Origin: Omnitrophica bacterium GWA2_41_15
Lineage (GTDB): Bacteria; Omnitrophota; Gorgyraeia; Gygaellales; UBA12090
NCBI GenBank assembly: GCA_919902675.1
Contig: CAKKRH010000005.1
Coordinates: 1 to 42,480, forward strand
DNA: 42,480 nucleotides
Direction of reading: 5' to 3'
Shown here: positions 17,384 to 27,096 of the stretch, piece by piece
How positions within the stretch are numbered: the first letter of the stretch is position 1
How the letters are laid out: each line of letters begins with the position of its first letter
The notes under the pieces: generated by a model
The model's input: only the letters and a program-made list of their open reading frames with translations
Databases searched by the model: none
What the model was told of the DNA's origin: nothing
Program-made: the position numbers and the translations under genes

Positions 17384-17472
17384 TGGCGGAGAGGGAGAGA
17401 TTCGAACTCTCGGACCTTTTCAAGTCACGCGCTCTCCAGGCGCGCGCGCTAAACCAGCTACGCGACCTCTCC
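17384..17472 (-). tRNA. tRNA-Ser (anticodon GGA)
   Basis: Acceptor GGAGAGG/CCTCTCC, anticodon arm CGCGC-CTGGAGA-GCGCG, long variable arm, T-arm GAGAG-TTCGAAT-CTCTC. CCA is encoded. Confidence 0.95.
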
Positions 17473-17567
17473 GAAATCTATCTTTTTTAGAATCCCTATT
17501 ATACCGGGATATAGCGGATTCGTCAACACTGTTGCTAATCTTTGTCTTTTCGGTTACAATAGCGCCT

Positions 17568-18533
17568 ATGCTTAAAATCGGAAATCTAAAATTGACCTCC
17601 AATATTATGCTTTCCCCCATGGCCGGGATAAGCGACCTGCCCTTTCGCCGGCTTAACCGCGAATTCGGCTGCCGCTTTGCCTTTGTGGAAATGATTAATG
17701 CCCGCTCCTTGGGCTACAAAAGCAAAAAGACCCAGTCCATGCTTTCTACAGACCAAAAAGACAAGCCCTTAGGGGTGCAGCTATTGGGCTGTGAGCCCAA
17801 TTTCATTGAAAGGGCTATGGATATTCTCCAGAAATATGAGTTTGACCTCCTGGATTTTAACTCGGCCTGCCCGGCCAAAAAGGTAGTCCGCCGGGGTGAA
17901 GGCTCCGGACTGCTTAAAGACCCCAAAAAGCTCAACCAATTATTAAAGATTGTAGTCAAGAATTCTAAAGTCCCGGTAACGGCAAAAATCCGCGCCGGTT
18001 GGGATAAGAGCTCTATTAACGCCAAAGAAGCCGCGCTCTACGCCCAGGATGCCGGGATAAAAGCCCTGTTTATCCACGGCCGGACCAGAGAGCAAGGCTA
18101 CAGCGGAAAGGTGGATTATAAAATAATTAAAACGGTAAAAGACGCCCTGGAGATTCCGGTAATCGCCAGCGGCGACATCCTTTCGGCAAGCCTGGCCAAA
18201 AAGATGTTTGACGAAACCGGATGTAACGGCATCGCCGTGGCCAGGGGGGCTTTGGGCAATCCCTGGATATTCCGGGAAATCGACGAATTCCTGAAAAGCG
18301 GAAAAATAACCGCCCGCCCGAATTCCAAGGAAATAGCCCAGACAATGCTTGAACACCTGGACCTCTGTATTGATTTTTACGGAGAGAAATTCGGGGTGAT
18401 GATTTTTCGTAAATTTATCAGCTGGTATACCAAGGGCCTGCGTAAGGTCAGGGCCTTACGCGAAAAGGCCTCCCGGGCCAAGACCAAGGACGAAATCTTA
18501 AAGCTCAGCCAAGAATTTATTTCGTCCGGTTAG
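17568..18533 (+). CDS. dus: tRNA-dihydrouridine synthase
   Basis: Dus family sequence from MLKIGNLKLTSNIMLSPMAGISDLPFRR onward. The track ORF start at 17139 runs through tRNA-Ser and the opposite-strand gene, so the ATG at 17568 is used. Confidence 0.9.
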   Translation: MLKIGNLKLTSNIMLSPMAGISDLPFRRLNREFGCRFAFVEMINARSLGYKSKKTQSMLSTDQKDKPLGVQLLGCEPNFIERAMDILQKYEFDLLDFNSACPAKKVVRRGEGSGLLKDPKKLNQLLKIVVKNSKVPVTAKIRAGWDKSSINAKEAALYAQDAGIKALFIHGRTREQGYSGKVDYKIIKTVKDALEIPVIASGDILSASLAKKMFDETGCNGIAVARGALGNPWIFREIDEFLKSGKITARPNSKEIAQTMLEHLDLCIDFYGEKFGVMIFRKFISWYTKGLRKVRALREKASRAKTKDEILKLSQEFISSG

Positions 18534-19305
18534 AATTGATAACCTTAAGCATATCTTTATGGATCCTGCCGTTTGAAGCCACTATAAAATGCCTTTGGTC
18601 TAAGGGCATACTTTCGCCCAGCCTTCCGCTAACCCTGCCTCCGGCTTCTTCCACGATAAGCTTCCCGGCGGCAAAATCCCAGGGGCTTAGTTCAAATTCC
18701 CAGTAGCCGGCCGCCCGCCCCGATGCCACATAACATAAGTCCAGGGCCGCCGCCCCCAGCCGCCTTATGCCCAGGATATGCTTAAAGAGAAAGCTCTTGA
18801 CCGCCTTTAGGGTCTCATCCACTTCCCTGCCCCGGCTGTAATAGAAACCGGTAATAAGCATTGACTGGCGCAGTTTAGAGGCGGTGTTTACCCGGATAGG
18901 CTTTCCGTTTAAGAAGGCCCCCTTGTCTTTCTGGGCGTAAAAAAGCTCTTTGCGCGTTACATCATAAACAGCCCCGGAAAGCACCCGGTCCTTATGGACA
19001 AGGGCAACCGAAGAGCAGAATATCGGCAGACCGCAGGCGAAATTGTTGGTCCCGTCAAGGGGGTCGATCACCCAGGTGTATTCCGAATCGGTCGTGGGGT
19101 ATTTGTTTTCCTCGGCCAGGAAGTTGTGCCGCGGGAAATGTTTCCTTATGAAAGAAACCACCGCCTCTTCGGCCTCGATATCCGCGCAGGTCAACAAATC
19201 AAAGGAGGCCGATTTGGTTCGGGGCTTAAAATCACCCCGGAAATATTTTTTATGGATCTCCCCGGCTATCTTAGCCGCGCGCAAAGTGATATCCAGATAT
19301 TCCAT
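18517..19305 (-). CDS. Inositol monophosphatase family protein (SuhB-like)
   Basis: 262 aa with IMPase motifs (FLAEE, WVIDPLDGTNNF, W.FAAG). Confidence 0.9.
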   Translation of the reverse strand: MEYLDITLRAAKIAGEIHKKYFRGDFKPRTKSASFDLLTCADIEAEEAVVSFIRKHFPRHNFLAEENKYPTTDSEYTWVIDPLDGTNNFACGLPIFCSSVALVHKDRVLSGAVYDVTRKELFYAQKDKGAFLNGKPIRVNTASKLRQSMLITGFYYSRGREVDETLKAVKSFLFKHILGIRRLGAAALDLCYVASGRAAGYWEFELSPWDFAAGKLIVEEAGGRVSGRLGESMPLDQRHFIVASNGRIHKDMLKVINSNRTK

Positions 19306-19339
19306 CTTATGCCGTTATGGTTACCATAAAAAGGATTGA

Positions 19340-19945
19340 TTAGCCGGTTTTCTTATCATAATAAGCGCTGTCTTCTTTTATCTTAAGACCTTCCTCGATA
19401 ACGCGCGCGGACCACAAATCGGCAAAGTGCACCAGGAGCGTAAGCGGCATTTCGTGGTGGGCCGCTTCCCTGTTTGATTCGACATACTGGCCGTCGTGAT
19501 AGAGGATTGCCTGGGCCTCAGAATCGGATAAGGGTATATATTTGGCTATTAAGTATAGGCTGCGCGCCGCCAGGCCCATATACACCTCTTCCGGGTTAAT
19601 CTTATAGGTCATATTCCTCTTATCAATCTCCCACTGGTTGTCATTCTTAAGATATCTGGGTTTTCCCGGCATGCCGATTTTTCCGGCGTCATGCAAAAGA
19701 CCGACAATAACGCAGGATTCATCCGATATCTCAGGGGCCAGGGTATCTCTTAATTTTAACATCATTTCCGTAACGCCCACACTGTGCTCCAGCAGGCCGC
19801 CTTCCTTATTCAAGTGAAACCTGGTGCTGGCCGGACTGGTAAGCCAACTAGTATCTTTTTCAAACATATTAATAAAAACGTCAAATTCTTTTTTACGTTT
19901 GGTAACTTTGTTTTTTAGGAATTCGTATCGCTCTTTAACGCTCAT
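19340..19945 (-). CDS. HD-domain phosphohydrolase
   Basis: 201 aa with H...HD metal motif (LEHSVGV...GLLHDAGK). 4-nt overlap with the upstream gene. Confidence 0.7.
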   Translation of the reverse strand: MSVKERYEFLKNKVTKRKKEFDVFINMFEKDTSWLTSPASTRFHLNKEGGLLEHSVGVTEMMLKLRDTLAPEISDESCVIVGLLHDAGKIGMPGKPRYLKNDNQWEIDKRNMTYKINPEEVYMGLAARSLYLIAKYIPLSDSEAQAILYHDGQYVESNREAAHHEMPLTLLVHFADLWSARVIEEGLKIKEDSAYYDKKTG

Positions 19946-20337
19946 TTACGCCCTCCGGTTCTTTCCGGGGATCCTTCCTGCCCGGCGCTCAATTTTTGCT
20001 TAAGCTCGGTAACCGCCTTGCGCAAATCAACCACAAGCTGTTTGAGCTGTTTAATCTCCTCTGCCGACTTTTTCTGGGCCTCTTCGAGTTTGGCGGCGCG
20101 CGCTTCCGCGGCCAAAAACCTCTTTACCGTATACTGCCTGAAACTCTCCATCGTTGTAACACTGCCGGATTTTGTAATCTTCTGTCCCTCGGGAACCAAA
20201 ACAGTAACATTTCCCTGGCGTATTTTTTTCATTCCCTCAGGCGCGTTCTCCCGGCTATCTTTATACCCTTCGGCCATAACAACACAGACCGGAAAAATAA
20301 ATATAAAAGCTATCAAACACACGGGGATTCTTTTCAT
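19942..20337 (-). CDS. Secreted coiled-coil protein, function unknown
   Basis: 131 aa with a signal peptide (..FPVCVVMA) and a charged coiled-coil C-terminal half. Confidence 0.5.
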   Translation of the reverse strand: MKRIPVCLIAFIFIFPVCVVMAEGYKDSRENAPEGMKKIRQGNVTVLVPEGQKITKSGSVTTMESFRQYTVKRFLAAEARAAKLEEAQKKSAEEIKQLKQLVVDLRKAVTELKQKLSAGQEGSPERTGGRK

Positions 20338-20628
20338 CTTGATACCTCCTGTAAGCGCCTTTAAACGGCTTTCATTTTCATTTGAAGAAAAACAGAAAAA
20401 AGACTGACCCTGCCAAAGCCGCGATAATCAAAAACACCCCCATCAGTTTAGTATTGCGGATTTCCTTAGGCATAGAAACAGGCTCAATCCTCCAGTTTAT
20501 CCTCAAATAAAATCTCCTCTAAACCTCGATAACTTGCGCCGGCCTTAAAAACATCCAAAGCCCAAACATAACACATACCGCGAAAATCAAATTTTCCATT
20601 ATTGCGTTAGTAATGATAATGTAATAAT

Positions 20629-20739
20629 GGGGTCAAACCTCGAAATTAGAACTTAAGCTGTCCGCTATTTTTGTTAAGGTTTTATCCTGTCTTGCATAAT
20701 GAGTTTTCAGATTAAATTCAACATTCAAGGCCTGACCCC
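20629..20739. mobile_element. Possible 111-bp MITE-like element
   Basis: Imperfect 19-bp terminal inverted repeats GGGGTCAAACCTCGAAATT / AACATTCAAGGCCTGACCCC. The GGGGTCA terminus is shared with the 80-bp element at 30955 and 32708. Confidence 0.3.
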
Positions 20740-20861
20740 TTATTTACTTATTTACATCAAGGGTTAGAATTGGTATTAGTGGCGGCGCCGCACTCACTGC
20801 CTCGCTTGTCGCTCGGCTGCGCTCGCCGCGGCATCCGCCAGTTTTCACTTGTCGTGAAAAC

Positions 20862-20951
20862 TGGCGGAGAGTGGAGGATTTGAACCTCCGGTCACCTTAC
20901 GGCGACAACGGTTTTCGAGACCGCCGCATTCAACCGCTCTGCCAACTCTCC
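20862..20951 (-). tRNA. tRNA-Ser (anticodon CGA)
   Basis: Acceptor GGAGAGT/ACTCTCC, anticodon arm GCGGT-CTCGAAA-ACCGT, long variable arm, T-arm GGAGG-TTCAAAT-CCTCC. CCA is encoded. Confidence 0.95.
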
Positions 20952-20970
20952 GATACGATTTAATCCTGGC

Positions 20971-22263
20971 TTAGCCGACCAATCCCAGGGATATTTTTTC
21001 GAACTCTTTTTCCGCGCTCAGGAAGGCGTTGACCACGAATGGATCAAACTGGGTGTTTTTGCCGTCTAAAATAATTTTTACGCTCTCGGCGTGGGTATAG
21101 GCCTCTTTGTAGCATCTTTTACTGCGCAGGGCGTCATACACATCCGCCAGGGCCATGATCCTGGCGGACAAGGGGATGTTCTCACCCGGAATACCCTGGG
21201 GATAACCCTTCCCATCCCAACGCTCATGATGATACTGGGCTATCTGAATAGCCATGGTCAACAAGGACTGAAAACCTAACTTCTTATCCGCCTCGATAAG
21301 GATCTTTGCCCCGTGCTCGCAATGTTTCTGCATCTCGGCAAATTCTTCAGGGGTAAGCTTGCCGGGCTTATGCAGGATAGCATCACTCACCCCCACTTTG
21401 CCCACATCGTGCAGAGGAGAAGCCTTCATCAGATCAGTGATATAATGCTGACTCAAATACTTGCTGTAGGGCGATGATTTAAGCAATTCCCGGGCTAATA
21501 TCCCCACATATAACCCTGTCCTTTCCAAATGGCGTCCGGTTTCCACATCCCGGATTTCCGCCAGATAAGCCAGGGCGTAAATTATGGCGTCAACGGTCCT
21601 CTCCAGCTTAAGGGTGTTTGATTTCTGGGTCTGATGGGCCTTAAAGAAGATAAAAAACAGCAATATATACAACAAAATACCCGCCACAGCCACTGAGGTC
21701 CACACAATCAAGACCCCCTGTTTAATGCGGACCAAAAGCTCTCGCGCGGATTCATAAAACTCAACCACCCCTACAGTTTCATTATTGGATATTATCGGGA
21801 CAAATATTTCCAGGGCAGTTTCGCTGTAACGCTCCAGGCGGTTTTCATCCTTATCCAAACGCATAAAAGCGCTGCTCACCGCACCGCCTGAGGCCAGCTT
21901 AAAGTCAGGGTCATCCTTAAAATTCTTCCCCATCAATTCTTTCTTACTGCTCCATACAATAGTCCCCTGCCGGTCCCAGATCTTCACATCAAAGACTGAA
22001 CCCAGCGATTGCAATTGGGCGGCAAACCCTTCAAACTCAAGCGGCATCTGGGCGCCTTTACCTGAAGCAAGCAGAGAACAGACCTGAGGCCTCTCTTCTA
22101 CTATATAAGCCACCATCCTCGGAAAGATATTAGTATAGATTTTAATCGCCTGGGCACTTAAGCGCTCAGACAGTAAAAAACCCAAAACAAGAGAAACCGA
22201 AAGACTTACCGTAAAGGTGGCAAGCGTATACTGAAGAATAATATTCTGCCTGAATTTTGTCAT
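20971..22263 (-). CDS. HD-GYP domain signalling protein with membrane-flanked periplasmic sensor domain
   Basis: 430 aa with two TM segments flanking a sensor region. C-terminal HD-GYP motifs HDVGKV and HHERWDGKGYP. Confidence 0.85.
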   Translation of the reverse strand: MTKFRQNIILQYTLATFTVSLSVSLVLGFLLSERLSAQAIKIYTNIFPRMVAYIVEERPQVCSLLASGKGAQMPLEFEGFAAQLQSLGSVFDVKIWDRQGTIVWSSKKELMGKNFKDDPDFKLASGGAVSSAFMRLDKDENRLERYSETALEIFVPIISNNETVGVVEFYESARELLVRIKQGVLIVWTSVAVAGILLYILLFFIFFKAHQTQKSNTLKLERTVDAIIYALAYLAEIRDVETGRHLERTGLYVGILARELLKSSPYSKYLSQHYITDLMKASPLHDVGKVGVSDAILHKPGKLTPEEFAEMQKHCEHGAKILIEADKKLGFQSLLTMAIQIAQYHHERWDGKGYPQGIPGENIPLSARIMALADVYDALRSKRCYKEAYTHAESVKIILDGKNTQFDPFVVNAFLSAEKEFEKISLGLVG

Positions 22264-22277
22264 AATGTATCCCTTGC

Positions 22278-22766
22278 TTAGCCCTTACCCGCCTTTTCTG
22301 CCAATAATTGCCGCACCAAGGCATCAATTTCACTCTGGCTAAGCTTTCTATCCGCTACCGGCGCGCTCTGATGGGCCGTTGAGACATTTTCTTGAACCTG
22401 CGCGACACTGACAGGGTCCCCTGCCTTAATTTTCCTGAGCTCTGAAAGGTCGCTCTTGGTCTTACCGATAATAATCACGGGGCTGGCCGGTTGAGGCCTT
22501 TCTGTTTTGCTCATAGGCGTCGGCCCAAAGAACACGCAAATACACCTTCCCTGCGGCCAATAGGCAACATCACCCGCTTCAACCTCGGAACTTAACGCGC
22601 CATTATCACAAGAAGTAGCAATTCCCGCCTCAAAATAAATTTCATCTCCCCATGTGGAAATCGCGGCATCCAGGGGAAGATGCGTGATAATATCCCGCGC
22701 GGTTAAGCTATTATTAAACTCCGCGAGAAAACAACAGCTTTTGGTCTGAAATGATATCCGCGGCAT
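22278..22766 (-). CDS. Cyclophilin-like fold protein (TM1367-like) with C-terminal extension
   Basis: The motif GDVAYWPQGRCICVFFGPTP is typical of the cyclophilin-like family (recalled from memory). Confidence 0.55.
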   Translation of the reverse strand: MPRISFQTKSCCFLAEFNNSLTARDIITHLPLDAAISTWGDEIYFEAGIATSCDNGALSSEVEAGDVAYWPQGRCICVFFGPTPMSKTERPQPASPVIIIGKTKSDLSELRKIKAGDPVSVAQVQENVSTAHQSAPVADRKLSQSEIDALVRQLLAEKAGKG

Positions 22767-22811
22767 ATAAGGTTTTAGAAAAACAGCGCTGCCTTTTATT
22801 CTAAAGGTTGC

Positions 22812-22845
22812 ATTATATCACAAAATCCGCGGAAAAACAGCGGCT
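22812..22845 (-). promoter_or_regulatory. Extended -10 promoter candidate for the cyclophilin-like/HD-GYP genes
   Basis: Minus strand TGATATAAT (TATAAT at 22817-22812), about 45 nt upstream of the ATG at 22766. No good -35. Confidence 0.35.
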
Positions 22846-22877
22846 CTTTATAACCCCGGATATAAGAAAGCATTACC

Positions 22878-24965
22878 TCAGTTAGAATCCGCCCGCGAAA
22901 CCTCTTCAATCGCCTGCGCCACTCCCCTTTCAATCTTACGTTCAATAAAATTAGGGATATGCGCCTGAAGCTCTTTTTTCAAATCAGACTTAAGCCACTT
23001 AAAATTCATCCGGTGTAAAATCCCGGAAAGTTGAAAGTTGAATGTCAACTGATTAAGGTCCGGGCTTATGAGCTTAAGTAAGCGGGTAAACTTGGGCGAT
23101 TCACCGAGCAATTGCCTGCTTAAAGCTAAAGACATCTTGCTTGAAACAAAATCATTTATGCCTAATTTAAAATAGCCGCCTAAATCCACATCCTGAGAGT
23201 TTAAATTTATTTTATATAAGCTGGCGCCATTTTCAGTAACCGCGAAATAAGAAGATGCCCGGTGAAAATCTATCTTTTTCAGCGCGGGAAGTCCAAAGAA
23301 ATCAGCCAGCCATTTGAAAAATTCGAAGTTGTGTAAATACCCATTTTGAATATTCATCCTTCCGCCTAAGCCCAGAGCCGGATAAGTGCCAAAAAACATC
23401 CGGCCGTCCAATGTGCCGTAAACCTTGGAAAAATGAATCAGGATGTCCTCAAGCTTATTGGCAGTTACGGCTTTGACCTTGATTGTGGAGCGGATTTTTG
23501 GCACCGGGCCGGCTAAATCCATCCGCGCCTGGCCCTTAAGAAATCCGTCATAAAAGCGGGAATCAAATTCAATGTATTTAACCCTGTCCCGCTTAAGATA
23601 TAGAGTAGCGCCTACATCTTCCAGCGCTACTCTATATTTATTGCTTTCCGTTTCGCAAAATAAATTCAACTCTCCTAAAGACATTTTGACTCGCGGATAG
23701 CGGTCAAAATTAAGGCCTAAGTCTTTAAAATCAACCTTAAGTTTATCTAAAGGAGGACTTGCCTTTTGCTTTTTTATAAAATCAAAGAGCAGTGTTCCGC
23801 TGCCATTAACCGCCATATCCTTAAATGATGCCTCTATCGCTAAATCAATTTTCTTGAGATTTTCGCTGACGTGCTTTTCTAATTTTGCCGGCCCAAAAGA
23901 CAGCGCTATATTCAATAAAATCTTATCGTGAAAACCAATATTTCCTTTTATGCCGATAGGGTTATTATTCAAAATAAAATTCAAATGTTCTATCTGAATA
24001 TCAGGAAGGCGCAGATTAAGCCGGCATTCTATATCCAGAATATGCAGATTCACCAAAGACAAGTCAATATTTGAAGATAAAGCGCGCGTCCGGCGGGGAG
24101 AGAATTTATTTTTTTTAGGAGCCCCAAAAACAGGCAGTTGATAAGGCGGCTCCTGAAACGCGGTATTGGCAAAAATAAAACCATTCGCCTGAAAGATACT
24201 ACCGGTGAGGTCTCCCCATAATTGGGCATAAAAATTCTGCCTCTTCAGTTCTAAATTTTCCAAAGAAAATCCGTCATCCTGAAGAAAACCTTTGAAATTA
24301 TAACGTAGAGGCAAACCCTTGATTTTTGAAAAAAGCTTCCGCGCGCCCGCAGCTGAAGAATTAACAGTTTCTTCATTGATTAAGCCGGAGCCCGTGATAG
24401 AATCGCCTTTTATTTTTAATAAAAAATCAGCTCGAATATATCCTGAAACGCCTTGGTCAGGGCCTAACTCCAGCTTAGCTCTTTTAATACTAAGCATTAT
24501 ATCCTGCCGGGGTAAAAGTTTGATAAAATCAACTATTTGCTGAAAATTGTTTTTTATAAGCTCCTGGAATTTATGGTAATCTGTCCTAAGATTATAAAAA
24601 CAGATGCTCTTGACAGAGAGGCTCCTTTTGATGATAAGCTCCGAAAGAGAAAACCGTATCAGCGCGCGCGGGATAACTAAAAACTGTTTGTCTGGCGGCG
24701 GAGCTGTTTCTCCTTCTCTTTTTAAGAAATGTCCGGGCTCACTAAAGGAAATAGTATTTACGACAATAAAATCAGGAGGAAAATAAATGAGGCTCTTTAT
24801 GAATGGCTTCTCAGGTAGACGCGCGCCTAAAGCGCTTACTATTGTATTTTTGGATTTGTTAAGCAGGATATTTCCGCTGATAGTGATTATCGCGGCTATG
24901 ACAACCATAACCAGGAGCAGGCGGAAAATTATTTTAGTAGGTGATGTTCTCAAATAGTTTGTCAT
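22878..24965 (-). CDS. Large membrane-anchored protein, function unknown (possibly AsmA-like)
   Basis: 695 aa with a single N-terminal TM helix and a long beta-rich body. No catalytic motif seen. Confidence 0.45.
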   Translation of the reverse strand: MTNYLRTSPTKIIFRLLLVMVVIAAIITISGNILLNKSKNTIVSALGARLPEKPFIKSLIYFPPDFIVVNTISFSEPGHFLKREGETAPPPDKQFLVIPRALIRFSLSELIIKRSLSVKSICFYNLRTDYHKFQELIKNNFQQIVDFIKLLPRQDIMLSIKRAKLELGPDQGVSGYIRADFLLKIKGDSITGSGLINEETVNSSAAGARKLFSKIKGLPLRYNFKGFLQDDGFSLENLELKRQNFYAQLWGDLTGSIFQANGFIFANTAFQEPPYQLPVFGAPKKNKFSPRRTRALSSNIDLSLVNLHILDIECRLNLRLPDIQIEHLNFILNNNPIGIKGNIGFHDKILLNIALSFGPAKLEKHVSENLKKIDLAIEASFKDMAVNGSGTLLFDFIKKQKASPPLDKLKVDFKDLGLNFDRYPRVKMSLGELNLFCETESNKYRVALEDVGATLYLKRDRVKYIEFDSRFYDGFLKGQARMDLAGPVPKIRSTIKVKAVTANKLEDILIHFSKVYGTLDGRMFFGTYPALGLGGRMNIQNGYLHNFEFFKWLADFFGLPALKKIDFHRASSYFAVTENGASLYKINLNSQDVDLGGYFKLGINDFVSSKMSLALSRQLLGESPKFTRLLKLISPDLNQLTFNFQLSGILHRMNFKWLKSDLKKELQAHIPNFIERKIERGVAQAIEEVSRADSN

Positions 24966-25461
24966 CTACATATAATTCCACCTTATCAATATAATACATC
25001 ATCCGGTATTTTATTCCCAAAGGAGAGGTATACGCGTATCCCTTTGATTCCTGGAACAAAAGACTCAAACGTTTGAGGCTGATGATCTGATTCTTTAATT
25101 TCTCCACTAAAGACTCATTCTTATGTATCTGGGGCACCTTCAAAAGATACATAAGAACAAAGGGCAGGCCTTTTGAATCGGGATAATCATTAATAAAATT
25201 ACTCAGGGCCTCTGCCGCGTTCTCATAATTTGCCGTGATAAAATAATATTCTCCTATGGCGAAGGCGGCATCGGAAGCGTGTTTTGAATCAGGATTATTT
25301 TCTAAGAGTTCACGGCAACGCATAAAGGCGAAATCCCTGTTTCCGGATTCCGCCTCCTGAACGGCCGCTGAATACAGCTGTCTCGCCTCCTGAGCGAATC
25401 CGCGGTGAGAAAACAGGATAATGAATAAGAATAACGATGAAAGTGTTTTATTGATTTTCAT
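24934..25461 (-). CDS. Secreted TPR-like repeat protein
   Basis: 175 aa with a signal peptide (..SHRGFAQE) and TPR-like helices (AIGEYYFITANYENAAEALSNFINDYPDS). Confidence 0.55.
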   Translation of the reverse strand: MKINKTLSSLFLFIILFSHRGFAQEARQLYSAAVQEAESGNRDFAFMRCRELLENNPDSKHASDAAFAIGEYYFITANYENAAEALSNFINDYPDSKGLPFVLMYLLKVPQIHKNESLVEKLKNQIISLKRLSLLFQESKGYAYTSPLGIKYRMMYYIDKVELYVDDKLFENITY

Positions 25462-25507
25462 GGCTATTTTGTTCGCGCTCCTTTACGCGTGGCTTAATGC
25501 GCCGGAC

Positions 25508-26137
25508 TCAGCCGTCAAGGTGTTTAACCACCATTTCCAATGACTGCTTCTTGGGGCCTTCGCTTGTTTTAGCGGCATAACCTACGGGAATCACCGCCAT
25601 AAACTCACCCTCCGGAGATTCACCGATAAACTTCAAGATATCGTTCTTAATCAACACCAGCACTCCCAGCCAGACCGCGCCCAGCCCTAAAGACGTAGCG
25701 GCAATTAATAAGTTCTCCACCGCGGCGGCGGAGCTTTGTATCTCCATAATCCGGAAGAAATCGTGCGCGGTATCCTTATCCACCTTAAATAATTCGGTCC
25801 CTCTTGAAATAAGCTCGCCGCTATTGGCCACGGCAATCACCACCGGAGCGGAAATGATACTGCGCGCCGCCAAACGCAGTATCGCCGAGGACGGCTTAGG
25901 GAAGTCGTTGGCCTTAGCGCTTATAAAATCAGCCAGATCACTTTTAATTTTGCCTCTTAAGACAATAAAACGCCAGGACTGCTGATTATGCGCTGACGGC
26001 GCCTGATTGGCCGCGTGCAGAATAATCCGCAAGTCGTCCTCGCTGACCGGCTTATCCAGAAACATCCTCACACTGCGACGGTTTTTTATAGAGCGCAAGG
26101 TGTCGTTCTTTGACAAATAGATTTCATTATCACTCAT
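25508..26137 (-). CDS. Nitroreductase family protein
   Basis: 209 aa with RRSVRMF and APSAHNQQSWRF motifs. Confidence 0.85.
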   Translation of the reverse strand: MSDNEIYLSKNDTLRSIKNRRSVRMFLDKPVSEDDLRIILHAANQAPSAHNQQSWRFIVLRGKIKSDLADFISAKANDFPKPSSAILRLAARSIISAPVVIAVANSGELISRGTELFKVDKDTAHDFFRIMEIQSSAAAVENLLIAATSLGLGAVWLGVLVLIKNDILKFIGESPEGEFMAVIPVGYAAKTSEGPKKQSLEMVVKHLDG

Positions 26138-26194
26138 TTTTACCTCAATTCCCCGTGACCGCGAGCCGGTCCCGCTATTTTCTTTAAAAAAATA

Positions 26195-26368
26195 CTATTT
26201 AAAAACAAAAGGCACATTAATTCCTAAGAGCCTTTTCCATTTTCTTCCGTTTTTTCTATCTGAGGTATAGCGTAAATTAAAAATAACAAACTTAAGATAA
26301 TCGTCCATTGAAAGCCATTTATCTTTTGTTGGAATGTTACAAATAACCGGTAATTTCATCTTTTCCAT
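26195..26368 (-). CDS. Small ORF (57 aa) immediately downstream of the nucleotidyltransferase-like gene
   Basis: Not in the track. ATG at 26368 lies 4 nt after the upstream stop codon. Sequence MEKMKLPVICNIPTKDKWLSMDDYLKFVIFNLRYTSDRKNGRKWKRLLGINVPFVFK. Confidence 0.3.
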   Translation of the reverse strand: MEKMKLPVICNIPTKDKWLSMDDYLKFVIFNLRYTSDRKNGRKWKRLLGINVPFVFK

Positions 26369-26372
26369 CGCC

Positions 26373-26915
26373 TCAATCCTCCAATATCCCGACTATTCTG
26401 GAATAGATTTCTTCTGTACCGTATTTTAAACATAGCGTTCTAAAATTATTGCTTTTAAAATCCATCTTGTTAATCCTGATCAAATTAATTATATCCGGCA
26501 GGTCTTTCATCTCGCGCATCTTTGGATTATATTTAATTGAATGGAGCTTCAGGGCGATCAGATTGTTTAAAGAAGGCACGATGAATCTCTTGTTCGCGAT
26601 ATTTATCTTCTCGCCGTCTTTAATAATTTTACTGAGCGTGTCCTCATCCACAAACATAAAATCAATATCCATAAGCATCAGCTGATTACTTTTAAGCCTT
26701 GTAAAAACTTCCTGGCTGTAATCAGTCTTATAGCCGGCATTTCGCAATAAGGGTAAAATTCTTTCAAAATCTTCTTTGGTTATCAGGAAATCGACATCTA
26801 AAGTCTGGCGGGTAACCTTATAATGATTAACCGCAAATCCCCCTATCAAGACACAAGACACGCCATTTTTATCGGCTATATCGGAAATCAGGTGAAATAT
26901 TGTTTCATCTTTCAT
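26373..26915 (-). CDS. Putative nucleotidyltransferase-fold protein (MNT/AbiEii-like)
   Basis: 180 aa with GG.A......R.T.DVDF in the N-terminal third, as in minimal nucleotidyltransferases. The assignment is tentative. Confidence 0.45.
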   Translation of the reverse strand: MKDETIFHLISDIADKNGVSCVLIGGFAVNHYKVTRQTLDVDFLITKEDFERILPLLRNAGYKTDYSQEVFTRLKSNQLMLMDIDFMFVDEDTLSKIIKDGEKINIANKRFIVPSLNNLIALKLHSIKYNPKMREMKDLPDIINLIRINKMDFKSNNFRTLCLKYGTEEIYSRIVGILED

Positions 26916-27096
26916 CGGTTAATCCAGCGGCATTCTGGCGGCCCGTCTATCGCTTTACTTTCCGCAAAATGCGCTTTTTTTTATTATACCATTAAATATG
27001 AGTGGTTCTATAAAAATTGTTTAAACTCTTGATTAAAACTATCAGTATATGATAAGATAAGAATTATTTAACAGGCAGTACTTATCCGACACACCG

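Noticed and set aside
17139-17567. Long N-terminal extension of the dus ORF.
   Set aside because: It runs through tRNA-Ser(GGA) and antisense through the 16742-17368 gene. Dus-family sequence starts only at the ATG at 17568.
26916-27096. LexA/SOS box upstream of recN.
   Set aside because: I found no convincing palindrome of any LexA-box type I know. Only a plausible TTGATT-18-TAAGAT promoter is visible.
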